Shown: one piece after another, positions 29,003 through 37,167 of the stretch | How positions within the stretch are numbered: the stretch's first letter is position 1 | How the letters are laid out: each line of letters opens with the position of its first letter | NCBI GenBank assembly: GCA_964441495.1 | Contig: CAYTXV010000001.1 | Location: forward strand, 58,851-122,850 | Length of the DNA stretch: 64,000 nt | Reading direction: 5' to 3' | From: an uncultured Candidatus Saccharibacteria bacterium | GTDB lineage: Bacteria > Patescibacteriota > Minisyncoccia > Phycocordibacterales > UBA9973 | Notes under the pieces: model-generated | What the model saw: only the letters and a program-made list of their open reading frames with translations | The model's database searches: none | Told to the model about the DNA's origin: nothing | Translations under genes and position numbers: made by a program

Positions 29003-30802
29003 TTACACTTTTCTCTTTGCCTTTGATCGCTCAGTCTCCGTGAGATATTGCTTACGAAGTCGGACACTCTGCGGAGTAACTTCGAGAAATTCATCGTCTT
29101 GCATGACTTCAAGTCCGCGTTCGATCGAGAGTGTCCATGCGGGCACGAGCGTGACCGCTTCGTCAGAGCCAGATGCGCGCATGTTGGTGAGCTGTTTGCC
29201 TTTGGTTGGGTTTACGGTCATTTCTTCACCCTTACTTGTGTTACCGATCACCATACCTTCATATACTTCAGTAGTCGGAGTTATGTAGAGCGTACCGCGA
29301 TCCTGCAGTCCCCAGAGTGCAAATGCAAGCGCCTTGCCAGACTCCATACTGATCATACTTCCTACTTGTCGACGTGTGATCTCGCCTGCGTATGGTTTAA
29401 ATCCGATAACACGTGCGCTCATGATCCCCTCTCCACGAGTGTCGACGAGGAACTGGTTGCGGTAACCGAGGAGGCCGCGTGTCGGTCCAGTGAACACCAT
29501 GCGCACAGTGTTGTTCTTGAGGTTCATATCAGCCATGACAAATCCGCGCATGCCGAGCTTTTCGATGACGACACCCTGATAGTCTGCTGGTGCATCGATT
29601 GTAACTTCTTCAAATGGTTCACTTTTGACCCCATCGATATCTTTGATGATGACTTGTGGTTGAGATACCTGCATTTCATAGCCTTCACGACGCATCGTCT
29701 CAAGGAGGACTGCGATGTGCATCTCACCACGACCAAACACTTTGAATCCTTCAACCGTACGGTTTGGATCTGGAGCAAAGTCAACTTTGAGTCCGACGTT
29801 CACTTCGAGCTCTCGTTCGAGTCGCTCACGGATCTGACGAGAGGTGACAAACTTACCTTCCTTGCCTGCAAATGGTGAGTTGTTGACGAGGAAATCAAGC
29901 ACGATCGTTGGTTCGTCGATGGTGATCTCTGGGAGAAGCTCCGCGTCTTTGTTCGTAGAGATAGTCTCTCCGATAAAGATGTCTGGGATACCAGCAAGCA
30001 TGACAATGTCTCCTGCTACCGCTTCTGCTACTTCTTCGCGCTTCATACCCATAAAGGTGAAGAGTTTGGTGATCTTTGCAGTACGTGTATCACCGCTGTT
30101 GGTTTTGACATACACTGTATCGCCTACCTTTGCGACGCCTTCGTACACACGACCAGCTGCAAGACGTCCGAGGAAGTTGTCATACGCGAGGTTAAACGCC
30201 TGCATACGAAACTGTTTGGTTGTATCGTTAAGCGCAACTGGCACCTTCTCAAGGATCACATCAAAGAGTGGTTTGAGATCTTTGCGCTCGTCAGTTTCAG
30301 TACGCATCGCAACTCCTTCGCGTCCGATTGCATACACTGTTGTGAAGTCGAGCTGCTCGTCAGTTGCACCAAGCTCCATAAAGAGTTCAAACACTGCATC
30401 GTGTGTTGCACTACAGTCTGCACCTGGCTTGTCTATCTTGTTGATCACGACGATCGGCTTGAGTCCGAGCTCAAGTGACTTTTTCAAAACAAAGCGAGTT
30501 TGTGGCATGGGACCTTCTTGTGCATCTACAATGAGAAGCACTGAGTCGATCGAGCGAAGTACACGCTCAACTTCAGAACCAAAGTCCGCGTGACCTGGAG
30601 TATCGACGATGTTGATCTTGGTGCCTTCGTACATCACTGCGGTGTTCTTGGCATAGATAGTGATCCCGCGCTCTTGCTCGAGCTGGTTGGAGTCCATAGA
30701 TGCACCCGCGAGTTCTACTCCACAAAACTGGAGCATTTTGTCTGTAAGGGTTGTCTTGCCGTGGTCCACGTGCGCGATGATGGCGATGTTTCTGATTTGC
30801 AT
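29003..30802 (-). CDS. typA: translational GTPase TypA/BipA
   Basis: IRNIAIIAHVDHGKTTL, DTPGHADF, NKID, GRGEMH, LTNMRASGSD. Confidence 0.98.
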   Translation of the reverse strand: MQIRNIAIIAHVDHGKTTLTDKMLQFCGVELAGASMDSNQLEQERGITIYAKNTAVMYEGTKINIVDTPGHADFGSEVERVLRSIDSVLLIVDAQEGPMPQTRFVLKKSLELGLKPIVVINKIDKPGADCSATHDAVFELFMELGATDEQLDFTTVYAIGREGVAMRTETDERKDLKPLFDVILEKVPVALNDTTKQFRMQAFNLAYDNFLGRLAAGRVYEGVAKVGDTVYVKTNSGDTRTAKITKLFTFMGMKREEVAEAVAGDIVMLAGIPDIFIGETISTNKDAELLPEITIDEPTIVLDFLVNNSPFAGKEGKFVTSRQIRERLERELEVNVGLKVDFAPDPNRTVEGFKVFGRGEMHIAVLLETMRREGYEMQVSQPQVIIKDIDGVKSEPFEEVTIDAPADYQGVVIEKLGMRGFVMADMNLKNNTVRMVFTGPTRGLLGYRNQFLVDTRGEGIMSARVIGFKPYAGEITRRQVGSMISMESGKALAFALWGLQDRGTLYITPTTEVYEGMVIGNTSKGEEMTVNPTKGKQLTNMRASGSDEAVTLVPAWTLSIERGLEVMQDDEFLEVTPQSVRLRKQYLTETERSKAKRKV

Positions 30803-30931
30803 AAAATATTTCTATAAAATAAGGCCCGTTTGGGCACTAAATTGAGTGCTATTTATATCATAAAAATGAGAAAATGCAAAGAAAAAGCCCGACCATTTCT
30901 GATCGAGCTTTGAAATTCAATGTTCAACAAA

Positions 30932-32698
30932 TCATTCTTTGCCAAGAAACTTTGTCCACCCAGGAAAATCAGGATAAATCCGCCGAGGATCGTAGACTAG
31001 CCCCGGATCTTTTTTATAGGATTGTTTATAGCTAGTTATAGAATTTATTCCTAAAGTTTTACAAGCTTTTGAGGCTTCTTTCCAATTCTTATATCGGGCT
31101 TTACCTAAAAACACAACGTAACCAGGAAAATCTGAGTACACTGTTTCAGGGCGCGAAGGAAGTTTTGGATCTTTTTTAAAATCAATTTTATATTGATCAA
31201 AAGTTTTAATCCCTAATTTGATTGCAGCTTTAGATGCTAACTTCCAAGACTTGTAAAAATTTTTTGGTTTTCTTCCAAGGAAGATGTACCACTTTGGAAA
31301 ATTTTTATATGTCCTATTTGGATTTCCTGGAAGTCTTGGGTCTTCTTTAAATCTATTTTTATAATCCGTATAATTTTTGATTCCCAATTTAACAGCTGCC
31401 TCAGAAGCTTCCTGCCATGTCGGGTAAAAATCTTGCCCCAATCTCTCAAACACAGAGAATAAATTTACAACCTGATCTGAGAAGTCAAAACTAAATCCTT
31501 TTCCTTCAACATGAAGCGGAGACATATTCGGTGTGCCATTCTTCTTCCGTTCAATTCCGGCGATTGTTTCAATCTCCAGTGCAAGTTTTGCAACCTGTTT
31601 GATCCGTTCAATGTTTCCGACAAAGTCCAGTACGACAACTTTTTCTTTTCCAGGAACTTTTCGCAACCCTCTTCCGAGCTGTTGATAAAAAATCCGTTCA
31701 GATTCAGTACGCCTGAGGAAACTCAGAAGTTCTGTATCAGGAATATCAATACCTTCATTGAACTTATCAACGACTAGCACATGTTTAACTGCGCCGGTTT
31801 CGAATAGTTCATAGTTAGCATCATTTACCCCTGTTGCCTGTTGTGAATGGATAGATACGGAGGATGGAAGCAAGAAACTGATGTGCTGTGCGTGTTGGAT
31901 ATTTTCGCAAAACACAATCGCTTTCCTTGTTTTTGAATACTGTTGAATGATTTTGCACTGCTCCTGAGAACGGACTTTGATAAAGATCTTTTCATTGATT
32001 TGCTTTTCTGTCATACGAACATTGTCGTCGAGGACATCTTTGCAAATTTGTCTGATTTTTTCTTCATCAAGTCCATCAGAAAGCAATTTGTATTCAACAG
32101 GGGTCAACCATCCTTTTGCGATTGCTTCGGGTAAGAGGATTTTTACAACCTCTTCTCCGAATATGTCGCGGATATCTTCTCCATCTTCACGATCAGGAGT
32201 TGCGGTCATGCCAAGCTTATACTTTGGCTTGAAGTAATTGATTACTTCAGCGTAGGTTTCCGCTTGAGCGTGATGACTTTCGTCTACCACAATAAACGTA
32301 AAGTGCTTTGGAGAAAATAATTTCTTCTTTGCCTTTGGATTATTGAGGTGCGCAAGAACTGATTGGAATGTGGCAAACACGAAATTGTGTTTATCTGCCT
32401 CCCAGTCTTTTTGGGTGCCATAAAATTTGGCATAGGTGTATGATTCCCCGATATACTTTCTGTAATCCTTGTATGTCTTGTTTAAGATGCCATTATCGTG
32501 GCACAGAAAAAGTACTCTGTCTTTCGGGGTAATGAAATATTTCACCACCTCGATCGACACAATCGTTTTTCCCAAACCAGTAACCATGACCATAAGGGCA
32601 CGGAAGGTTTTCTTAAGCGCAGCAACAAGTTTCTTGAAAGCTATACCTTGGTAATCATACAGTTTGATTTGTTTACTGTTTGATTTTGAATGTGCCAT
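30932..32698 (-). CDS. SF2 (ResIII-like) DEAD/DEAH helicase with three C-terminal integrase-repeat-like units
   Basis: TGLGKT, DESHH, TATP, EGIDIP, QQLGRGLR; three repeats of Y..W..AS.A...LGI.....YK...K.DP.L...P...Y..FP.W..FLG. Confidence 0.88.
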   Translation of the reverse strand: MAHSKSNSKQIKLYDYQGIAFKKLVAALKKTFRALMVMVTGLGKTIVSIEVVKYFITPKDRVLFLCHDNGILNKTYKDYRKYIGESYTYAKFYGTQKDWEADKHNFVFATFQSVLAHLNNPKAKKKLFSPKHFTFIVVDESHHAQAETYAEVINYFKPKYKLGMTATPDREDGEDIRDIFGEEVVKILLPEAIAKGWLTPVEYKLLSDGLDEEKIRQICKDVLDDNVRMTEKQINEKIFIKVRSQEQCKIIQQYSKTRKAIVFCENIQHAQHISFLLPSSVSIHSQQATGVNDANYELFETGAVKHVLVVDKFNEGIDIPDTELLSFLRRTESERIFYQQLGRGLRKVPGKEKVVVLDFVGNIERIKQVAKLALEIETIAGIERKKNGTPNMSPLHVEGKGFSFDFSDQVVNLFSVFERLGQDFYPTWQEASEAAVKLGIKNYTDYKNRFKEDPRLPGNPNRTYKNFPKWYIFLGRKPKNFYKSWKLASKAAIKLGIKTFDQYKIDFKKDPKLPSRPETVYSDFPGYVVFLGKARYKNWKEASKACKTLGINSITSYKQSYKKDPGLVYDPRRIYPDFPGWTKFLGKE

Positions 32699-32807
32699 TT
32701 TTTTGATTTTTAGTGGGTTATTTCAAATTCCTAAAACATTTGAGAACCTAAAATAACCCACTAATTTTTCAATATTATACTATATTTAGACAATAAAGTC
32801 AAATATT

Positions 32808-33061
32808 TGGAGCCAATGATCGGGATTGAACCGATGACCTCCCCCTTCGCTCCTACCTCAATTTCGAAACCTTATATGAGGGCTAGACTGTATCTTTACG
32901 CCTATGGCGTACCCTTGTCAGTCGTTCGGGCGAGTACATCGCCACGGTCTTGTCTCTTTCAAGATATTAACCGTTATTCGGGATTCACCACAAAATTACT
33001 TTTATGGTGGGCAGAAACGCGTTCTACCATGGGGGTGCTCTACCAACTGAGCTACATTGGC
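32808..33061 (-). tRNA. tRNA-Thr(GGT) split by an intron (exons 33026-33061 and 32808-32847)
   Basis: The joined exons GCCAATGTAGCTCAGTTGGTAGAGCACCCCCATGGT|AAGGGGGAGGTCATCGGTTCAATCCCGATCATTGGCTCCA form a perfect cloverleaf. Confidence 0.95.
32848..33025 (-). ncRNA. group I intron (178 nt, no ORF)
   Basis: The 5' exon ends in U and the intron ends in G. P1 GGU|AGAA pairs with UUCUGCC, placing a U-G pair at the splice site. P7 is GACUG/CAGUC within AACGACUGA and AAGAUACAGUC. P2, P4-P6, P8 and P9 helices are visible. Confidence 0.92.
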
Positions 33062-33083
33062 GTGGTATTGCTCCTGCAAAATA

Positions 33084-33680
33084 TCACATTTTGCGTACTT
33101 TTTCAAGAGAATCAATAATAAGATCTCGAAGTTTCTTATTGTTCATAAACACTGTAAGAACTCCATATTTTACTTTATTTGCATATGTTCCTTTTTTATT
33201 AGAAATGCTAATCGTTGTTTTATAAAATTGGTTTTCTGAAACATTAAGATGTTTAATCCAAAATTTTTTTGCCTCTTTTTCACAAATATCAGTAAAAAGT
33301 TGTAATCCGAAGTGTAACTGTTCTTTTTTGATTGAATAAGTCTGATTAAGAAATTCAATGAATTTTTTTATTAAATCTGGATCGGTGTTACCGAGTCGTA
33401 CTGAATGCGTTGAGCGTTTTGTTCCCTCGCCCCAATAAAGTCCCAATCCCATACCATACAAAAACCATTCTTTACTAGTTTTTGGTTGATTAAAAACAAA
33501 TGGATCTCCTTTTGGGTTTTTTAATGTATATATTGCATCAGAGATAGAACGTTTCTTAATTGCATATTTTTGCAAATAATAATTGATTGTCGATGTTCCA
33601 ACTGAAAGCTTTTTTGCTATTTGTGCAGCAGAAAGACTTTTCTTAGTATACAGAGTATCAAGAATCTTCTTGGTAATCAT
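33084..33680 (-). CDS. free-standing HTH plus LAGLIDADG-like protein
   Basis: N-terminal HTH (LSAAQIAKKLSVGTSTINYYL); MGLGLYWGEG, NTDPDLIKKFIEFL, KKFW, YGVL; very AT-rich. Confidence 0.75.
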   Translation of the reverse strand: MITKKILDTLYTKKSLSAAQIAKKLSVGTSTINYYLQKYAIKKRSISDAIYTLKNPKGDPFVFNQPKTSKEWFLYGMGLGLYWGEGTKRSTHSVRLGNTDPDLIKKFIEFLNQTYSIKKEQLHFGLQLFTDICEKEAKKFWIKHLNVSENQFYKTTISISNKKGTYANKVKYGVLTVFMNNKKLRDLIIDSLEKVRKM

Positions 33681-33733
33681 AGTAGATACTGTACAGTATA
33701 GTATATAGTTCTACTATTTTTATCTTTTTTCAA

Positions 33734-35107
33734 TTACCGCACGAAGGTAAGCGCAGTTCCCTTTTTGGTACCGCGACCGGTACGGCCGATGCGGTGGATG
33801 TAGGTATCGTACGTAGACGGTGTGTCATAGTTGATCACGTGCGAGACATCTGCGATATCGATACCACGTGCCGCAACGTCTGTTGCGATGAGTGCTTGGA
33901 TCATCCCCTTTTTGAGACTGTCCACTGCGCGGTTACGTTCACGCACGCGCATGTCACCATGGAGTGCTTGGACTTTGAACCCTCTTGATCGAAGCTCTCG
34001 AGCAAGCTCATCGGTGTGACGCTTGGTCTCACGGAAAATGATTGCTTTGGTGACTTCTGGACGAGCGAGGATCTCATGGAGTTTGTCTATCTTGTTTGCA
34101 CCACCAACACGCACGATGTCCTGATCAACACTTGCTGAAGTGTCGCGGGTCTTGAGCGACACTGTCACTGGATCACGGAGGAAGTCTGTACAAAGGCGCT
34201 TGATGTCAGGAGAAAACGTTGCTGAGAAAAACATCCCTTGTTTACCAACAGGCATCTTGCCGAGGATATCGCGCATGTCGTCGATAAATCCCATATCAAG
34301 CATACGATCTGCTTCATCGAGCACGACAGTGTTGAAGTTGGTGATGTCGAGCTTGCCGCGTTCGATCAAGTCTTTGACACGCCCTGGTGTACCGATCACG
34401 ATGTGTACACCGAGATCTATCTCTTTGATTTGTTTGCTGATCGGAAGCCCACCAACTGCAGAGACACTAAAGAGTCGCATCCCAAACGTAAATGCGCGAA
34501 ACTCTTCTTCGATCTGCTGCGCGAGCTCACGTGTCGGCGCAAGCACGAGTGCTTGGTGCATACGATCATCCACAAATTTGTTGATGATAGGGATGAGAAA
34601 TGCTGCAGTCTTGCCGGTACCAGTTGCGGCGATACCGATCACGTCTTTGCCTTCGAGTGCTACAGGGATCGCCTGGTCCTGGATCGGAGATGGATGCACG
34701 AACCCTTTGCGTGCCAAGTTTTTGGCCAAACTATCATGGATGTTGAAATCTGCAAACGTATGTGTCGGCACGTATACAGCCTCCTCAGTTATCTCTGGAG
34801 CTTTGTTGATGAAACGTGACTCGTCGATGTAGTCAGCTTTGGGGCCACGCTTACCGCCGCGTGCAGTACCTCTTCCGCCAAATGATGAACGAGGACGTCC
34901 ACCGCCAAACCCACGCCCTGCAAATGGGCTCGCTGGTCGTTTACCTTCATAGCGCACACCACTACCGATTGCAGCAATGATGCGTCCTGATGAAAACCCA
35001 CCGCCTTGTCGAGAAGTAGTTCGTTTTGTAGATGATCGTCCAGCACCTGAGCTGAAACGACGAGAAACGGTGCGCCCCTCTGAGGAACGCGAATGTTGTA
35101 TAGTCAT
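33734..35107 (-). CDS. DEAD-box RNA helicase
   Basis: Q motif, ATGTGKT, PTRELA, TPGR, DEAD, SAT, ARGID, HRIGRTGR; long Arg/Gly-rich N-terminus. Confidence 0.95.
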   Translation of the reverse strand: MTIQHSRSSEGRTVSRRFSSGAGRSSTKRTTSRQGGGFSSGRIIAAIGSGVRYEGKRPASPFAGRGFGGGRPRSSFGGRGTARGGKRGPKADYIDESRFINKAPEITEEAVYVPTHTFADFNIHDSLAKNLARKGFVHPSPIQDQAIPVALEGKDVIGIAATGTGKTAAFLIPIINKFVDDRMHQALVLAPTRELAQQIEEEFRAFTFGMRLFSVSAVGGLPISKQIKEIDLGVHIVIGTPGRVKDLIERGKLDITNFNTVVLDEADRMLDMGFIDDMRDILGKMPVGKQGMFFSATFSPDIKRLCTDFLRDPVTVSLKTRDTSASVDQDIVRVGGANKIDKLHEILARPEVTKAIIFRETKRHTDELARELRSRGFKVQALHGDMRVRERNRAVDSLKKGMIQALIATDVAARGIDIADVSHVINYDTPSTYDTYIHRIGRTGRGTKKGTALTFVR

Positions 35108-35212
35108 TATTTTGTTACTTATATTACTTCGTCTGTGTCATCCGAGACTCCGAAGTCCTATAACACAAAATGAATAATGAACTATGATAACACTATTTCT
35201 TTTTGCTGTCAA

Positions 35213-36091
35213 TTATCCTCCAAAACTACTTGATGCAAGCTTGCGAGCGTTGTCTATCCAATCAAGCGCCTTTTTGGAATCAGCAAGTCGGTTTTTGGAC
35301 CCGAGGATCACTACGGTGATGTAGTCATACTCATCATTTCCTTGCGTCACAAATGCGAGATTTTGTCCTGCAAGTGCTGTAAGTCCTGTTTTGCCAAAGA
35401 TGACCTTATCTTTGTAGTTTTCGTCCAGATACAACGCGTTGGACTGACGCACTTCTATCGTTGTGTTGTTTTTAAGATCAGTGATATCTGCTTTGGGTTG
35501 CCCTGCAAACGCCACAATCACTGGATCGTTCCGATAAATATCACTCAGGAGTCGTGAGAGGTGGTATGGGGTCAATCTATTTGCATTACTCAATACCCGC
35601 TTGGCTGGATCAAGTCCTGATGGGTTGTAAAACGATGTTGCAGTGTATTTGTTGGTGCGCAAGATTTCATTCATCTTTGCAATAAACTTCTTTTTACCAA
35701 CACCTTCCATAAACGCTGTTGCCGCATCGTTACTTGAAGTGATGAGGAGTGCTTTCAAAAGATCGTCTCGTGTAAATTGTGATCCAACAACCATACCCTT
35801 GACCGAACCTTCTGTTGCGATAGCTGTAGATGTCATAGAAAAGATCGCATCTTTGGGATAAAGTTCTTCAACAGCTTTTGCGGTAATGAGTTTGGTGATG
35901 CTCGCAACAGGATACAATCTATGTTCATTTTTGACATACAGAGGCACTGGCTCGTCACTATCCTTTTTCCAGCCATAGATAGCGATACCTTTTGCGCTGA
36001 CCTGTGGCATCGGCACAACAGGAGCCTGTGCGCCGACAGTGACAGGTAGCATAAGGATACCGAGCATTATGATTAGACCATACCTTTTCAT
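35213..36091 (-). CDS. D-alanyl-D-alanine carboxypeptidase (peptidase S11)
   Basis: ASITK (SxxK), SSN, FYNPSGLD, KTG; signal peptide. Confidence 0.9.
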   Translation of the reverse strand: MKRYGLIIMLGILMLPVTVGAQAPVVPMPQVSAKGIAIYGWKKDSDEPVPLYVKNEHRLYPVASITKLITAKAVEELYPKDAIFSMTSTAIATEGSVKGMVVGSQFTRDDLLKALLITSSNDAATAFMEGVGKKKFIAKMNEILRTNKYTATSFYNPSGLDPAKRVLSNANRLTPYHLSRLLSDIYRNDPVIVAFAGQPKADITDLKNNTTIEVRQSNALYLDENYKDKVIFGKTGLTALAGQNLAFVTQGNDEYDYITVVILGSKNRLADSKKALDWIDNARKLASSSFGG

Positions 36092-36182
36092 AAGAGATAG
36101 TATAGCATCCTGTTGAATTTTTGAGGATATATGCTATATTTTTGAAGCCTTTATAGGCAGTCTTGTTGTTATAGGCTCACTT

Positions 36183-36256
36183 GTCGGCGTAGCTCAGCTG
36201 GTTAGAGCGTAGCATTCATAACGCTAAGGTCGGTGGATCGTGCCCACCCGTCGACA
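36183..36256 (+). tRNA. tRNA with CAT anticodon (elongator Met, or Ile2)
   Basis: GTCGGCGTAGCTCAGCTGGTTAGAGCGTAGCATTCATAACGCTAAGGTCGGTGGATCGTGCCCACCCGTCGACA. Confidence 0.88.
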
Positions 36257-36289
36257 CCCGGCCCGAAATGGGCTCAAGATTAACAATTT

Positions 36290-36366
36290 GCGGACGTAGC
36301 TCAACTGGTTAGAGCACCCGCCTGTCACGCGGGAGGTTGCGGGTTCAAGTCCCGTCGTTCGCGCCA
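36290..36366 (+). tRNA. tRNA-Asp(GTC)
   Basis: GCGGACGTAGCTCAACTGGTTAGAGCACCCGCCTGTCACGCGGGAGGTTGCGGGTTCAAGTCCCGTCGTTCGCGCCA. Confidence 0.96.
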
Positions 36367-36401
36367 CGCAAAAATCCCTAGGAAATCTAGGGATTTTTGC
36401 G
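36367..36401. terminator. bidirectional terminator between convergent tRNAs
   Basis: CGCAAAAATCCCTAG-GAAAT-CTAGGGATTTTTGCG. Confidence 0.85.
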
Positions 36402-36407
36402 TTCTTG

Positions 36408-36478
36408 TTGCGGGGCCACGAATCGAACGTGGGTCTTAAGGTTATGAGCCTTACGAGATACCTCTTCTCTACCCCGCT
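36408..36478 (-). tRNA. tRNA-Met(CAT), initiator-like
   Basis: AGCGGGGTAGAGAAGAGGTATCTCGTAAGGCTCATAACCTTAAGACCCACGTTCGATTCGTGGCCCCGCAA; 1:72 mismatch and A11:U24 pair. Confidence 0.9.
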
Positions 36479-36522
36479 ATCTGAGAGATTTCATAATACA
36501 AGAAACGCCTATTTTTCGCAAC

Positions 36523-37146
36523 TTAGGCGATCACTCCGAGATCTCGAAACACTATCTCATAGTATGAAAGCGTCCGGCGCGCCTCAGGTAGTGTGAGTGA
36601 AAAATCAGCACCATCATGTGCGATACGGTTACGCACTTTGTGTGCCTCCCAGGCGATCTGAACAGAAGGAAGTATCGCAGGAGAAACGTTTTTGAGCTTA
36701 TCTCCGAGCGTATCCCCGGGCACACCTTTGCTATCGAGTACTCTATCGAGATAGATGTCTGCCTCGATGATGCCGAGGCGCCATTCGCTTTGATTTTCGC
36801 TCAAAAGCTTAGTGCGTACATCTTCCCATGTCTCGTTGCGCGGTACCACAACTATCTCACCAGGAAGCCCTGAATCTATAGGTGTGCTTTGTGTGGGCTG
36901 GCTGGTAGTAGCGGTGACAGATGGCGCGTCATTTTTTTGCTTCTTTTTATCTTCTTGTTTGAGCTCGTAGAGTCTGACGAGACAGTAGAGTACGATAGTG
37001 ATCGCCGCAATGAGAAGCAACGAGACGATCACCTGAAGGAGTGAGAGAAATTGAACAGAAAACAATGGCGAGATGACGTTGCCCCACAACCACGAAAAGA
37101 TAAACTCGACGTTGAGAAATACTGGATCAGGAACCTGGCCTTGCAT
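36523..37146 (-). CDS. conserved hypothetical membrane protein
   Basis: N-terminal transmembrane helix; WRLGIIEAD...GDTLGDKLK...AWEAHKVRNRIAH (RxxxxH, HEPN-like). Confidence 0.75.
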   Translation of the reverse strand: MQGQVPDPVFLNVEFIFSWLWGNVISPLFSVQFLSLLQVIVSLLLIAAITIVLYCLVRLYELKQEDKKKQKNDAPSVTATTSQPTQSTPIDSGLPGEIVVVPRNETWEDVRTKLLSENQSEWRLGIIEADIYLDRVLDSKGVPGDTLGDKLKNVSPAILPSVQIAWEAHKVRNRIAHDGADFSLTLPEARRTLSYYEIVFRDLGVIA

Positions 37147-37167
37147 ATAGAGATATTATCGCACAGA

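Noticed and set aside
27961-29045. typA tail duplication as a DGR template/variable repeat pair
   Set aside because: The mismatches are mostly at third codon positions and are not adenine-specific, and no reverse transcriptase is nearby.
32807-33118. 103-aa plus-strand ORF over the tRNA and intron
   Set aside because: It is antisense to the intron-containing tRNA-Thr and has no protein features.
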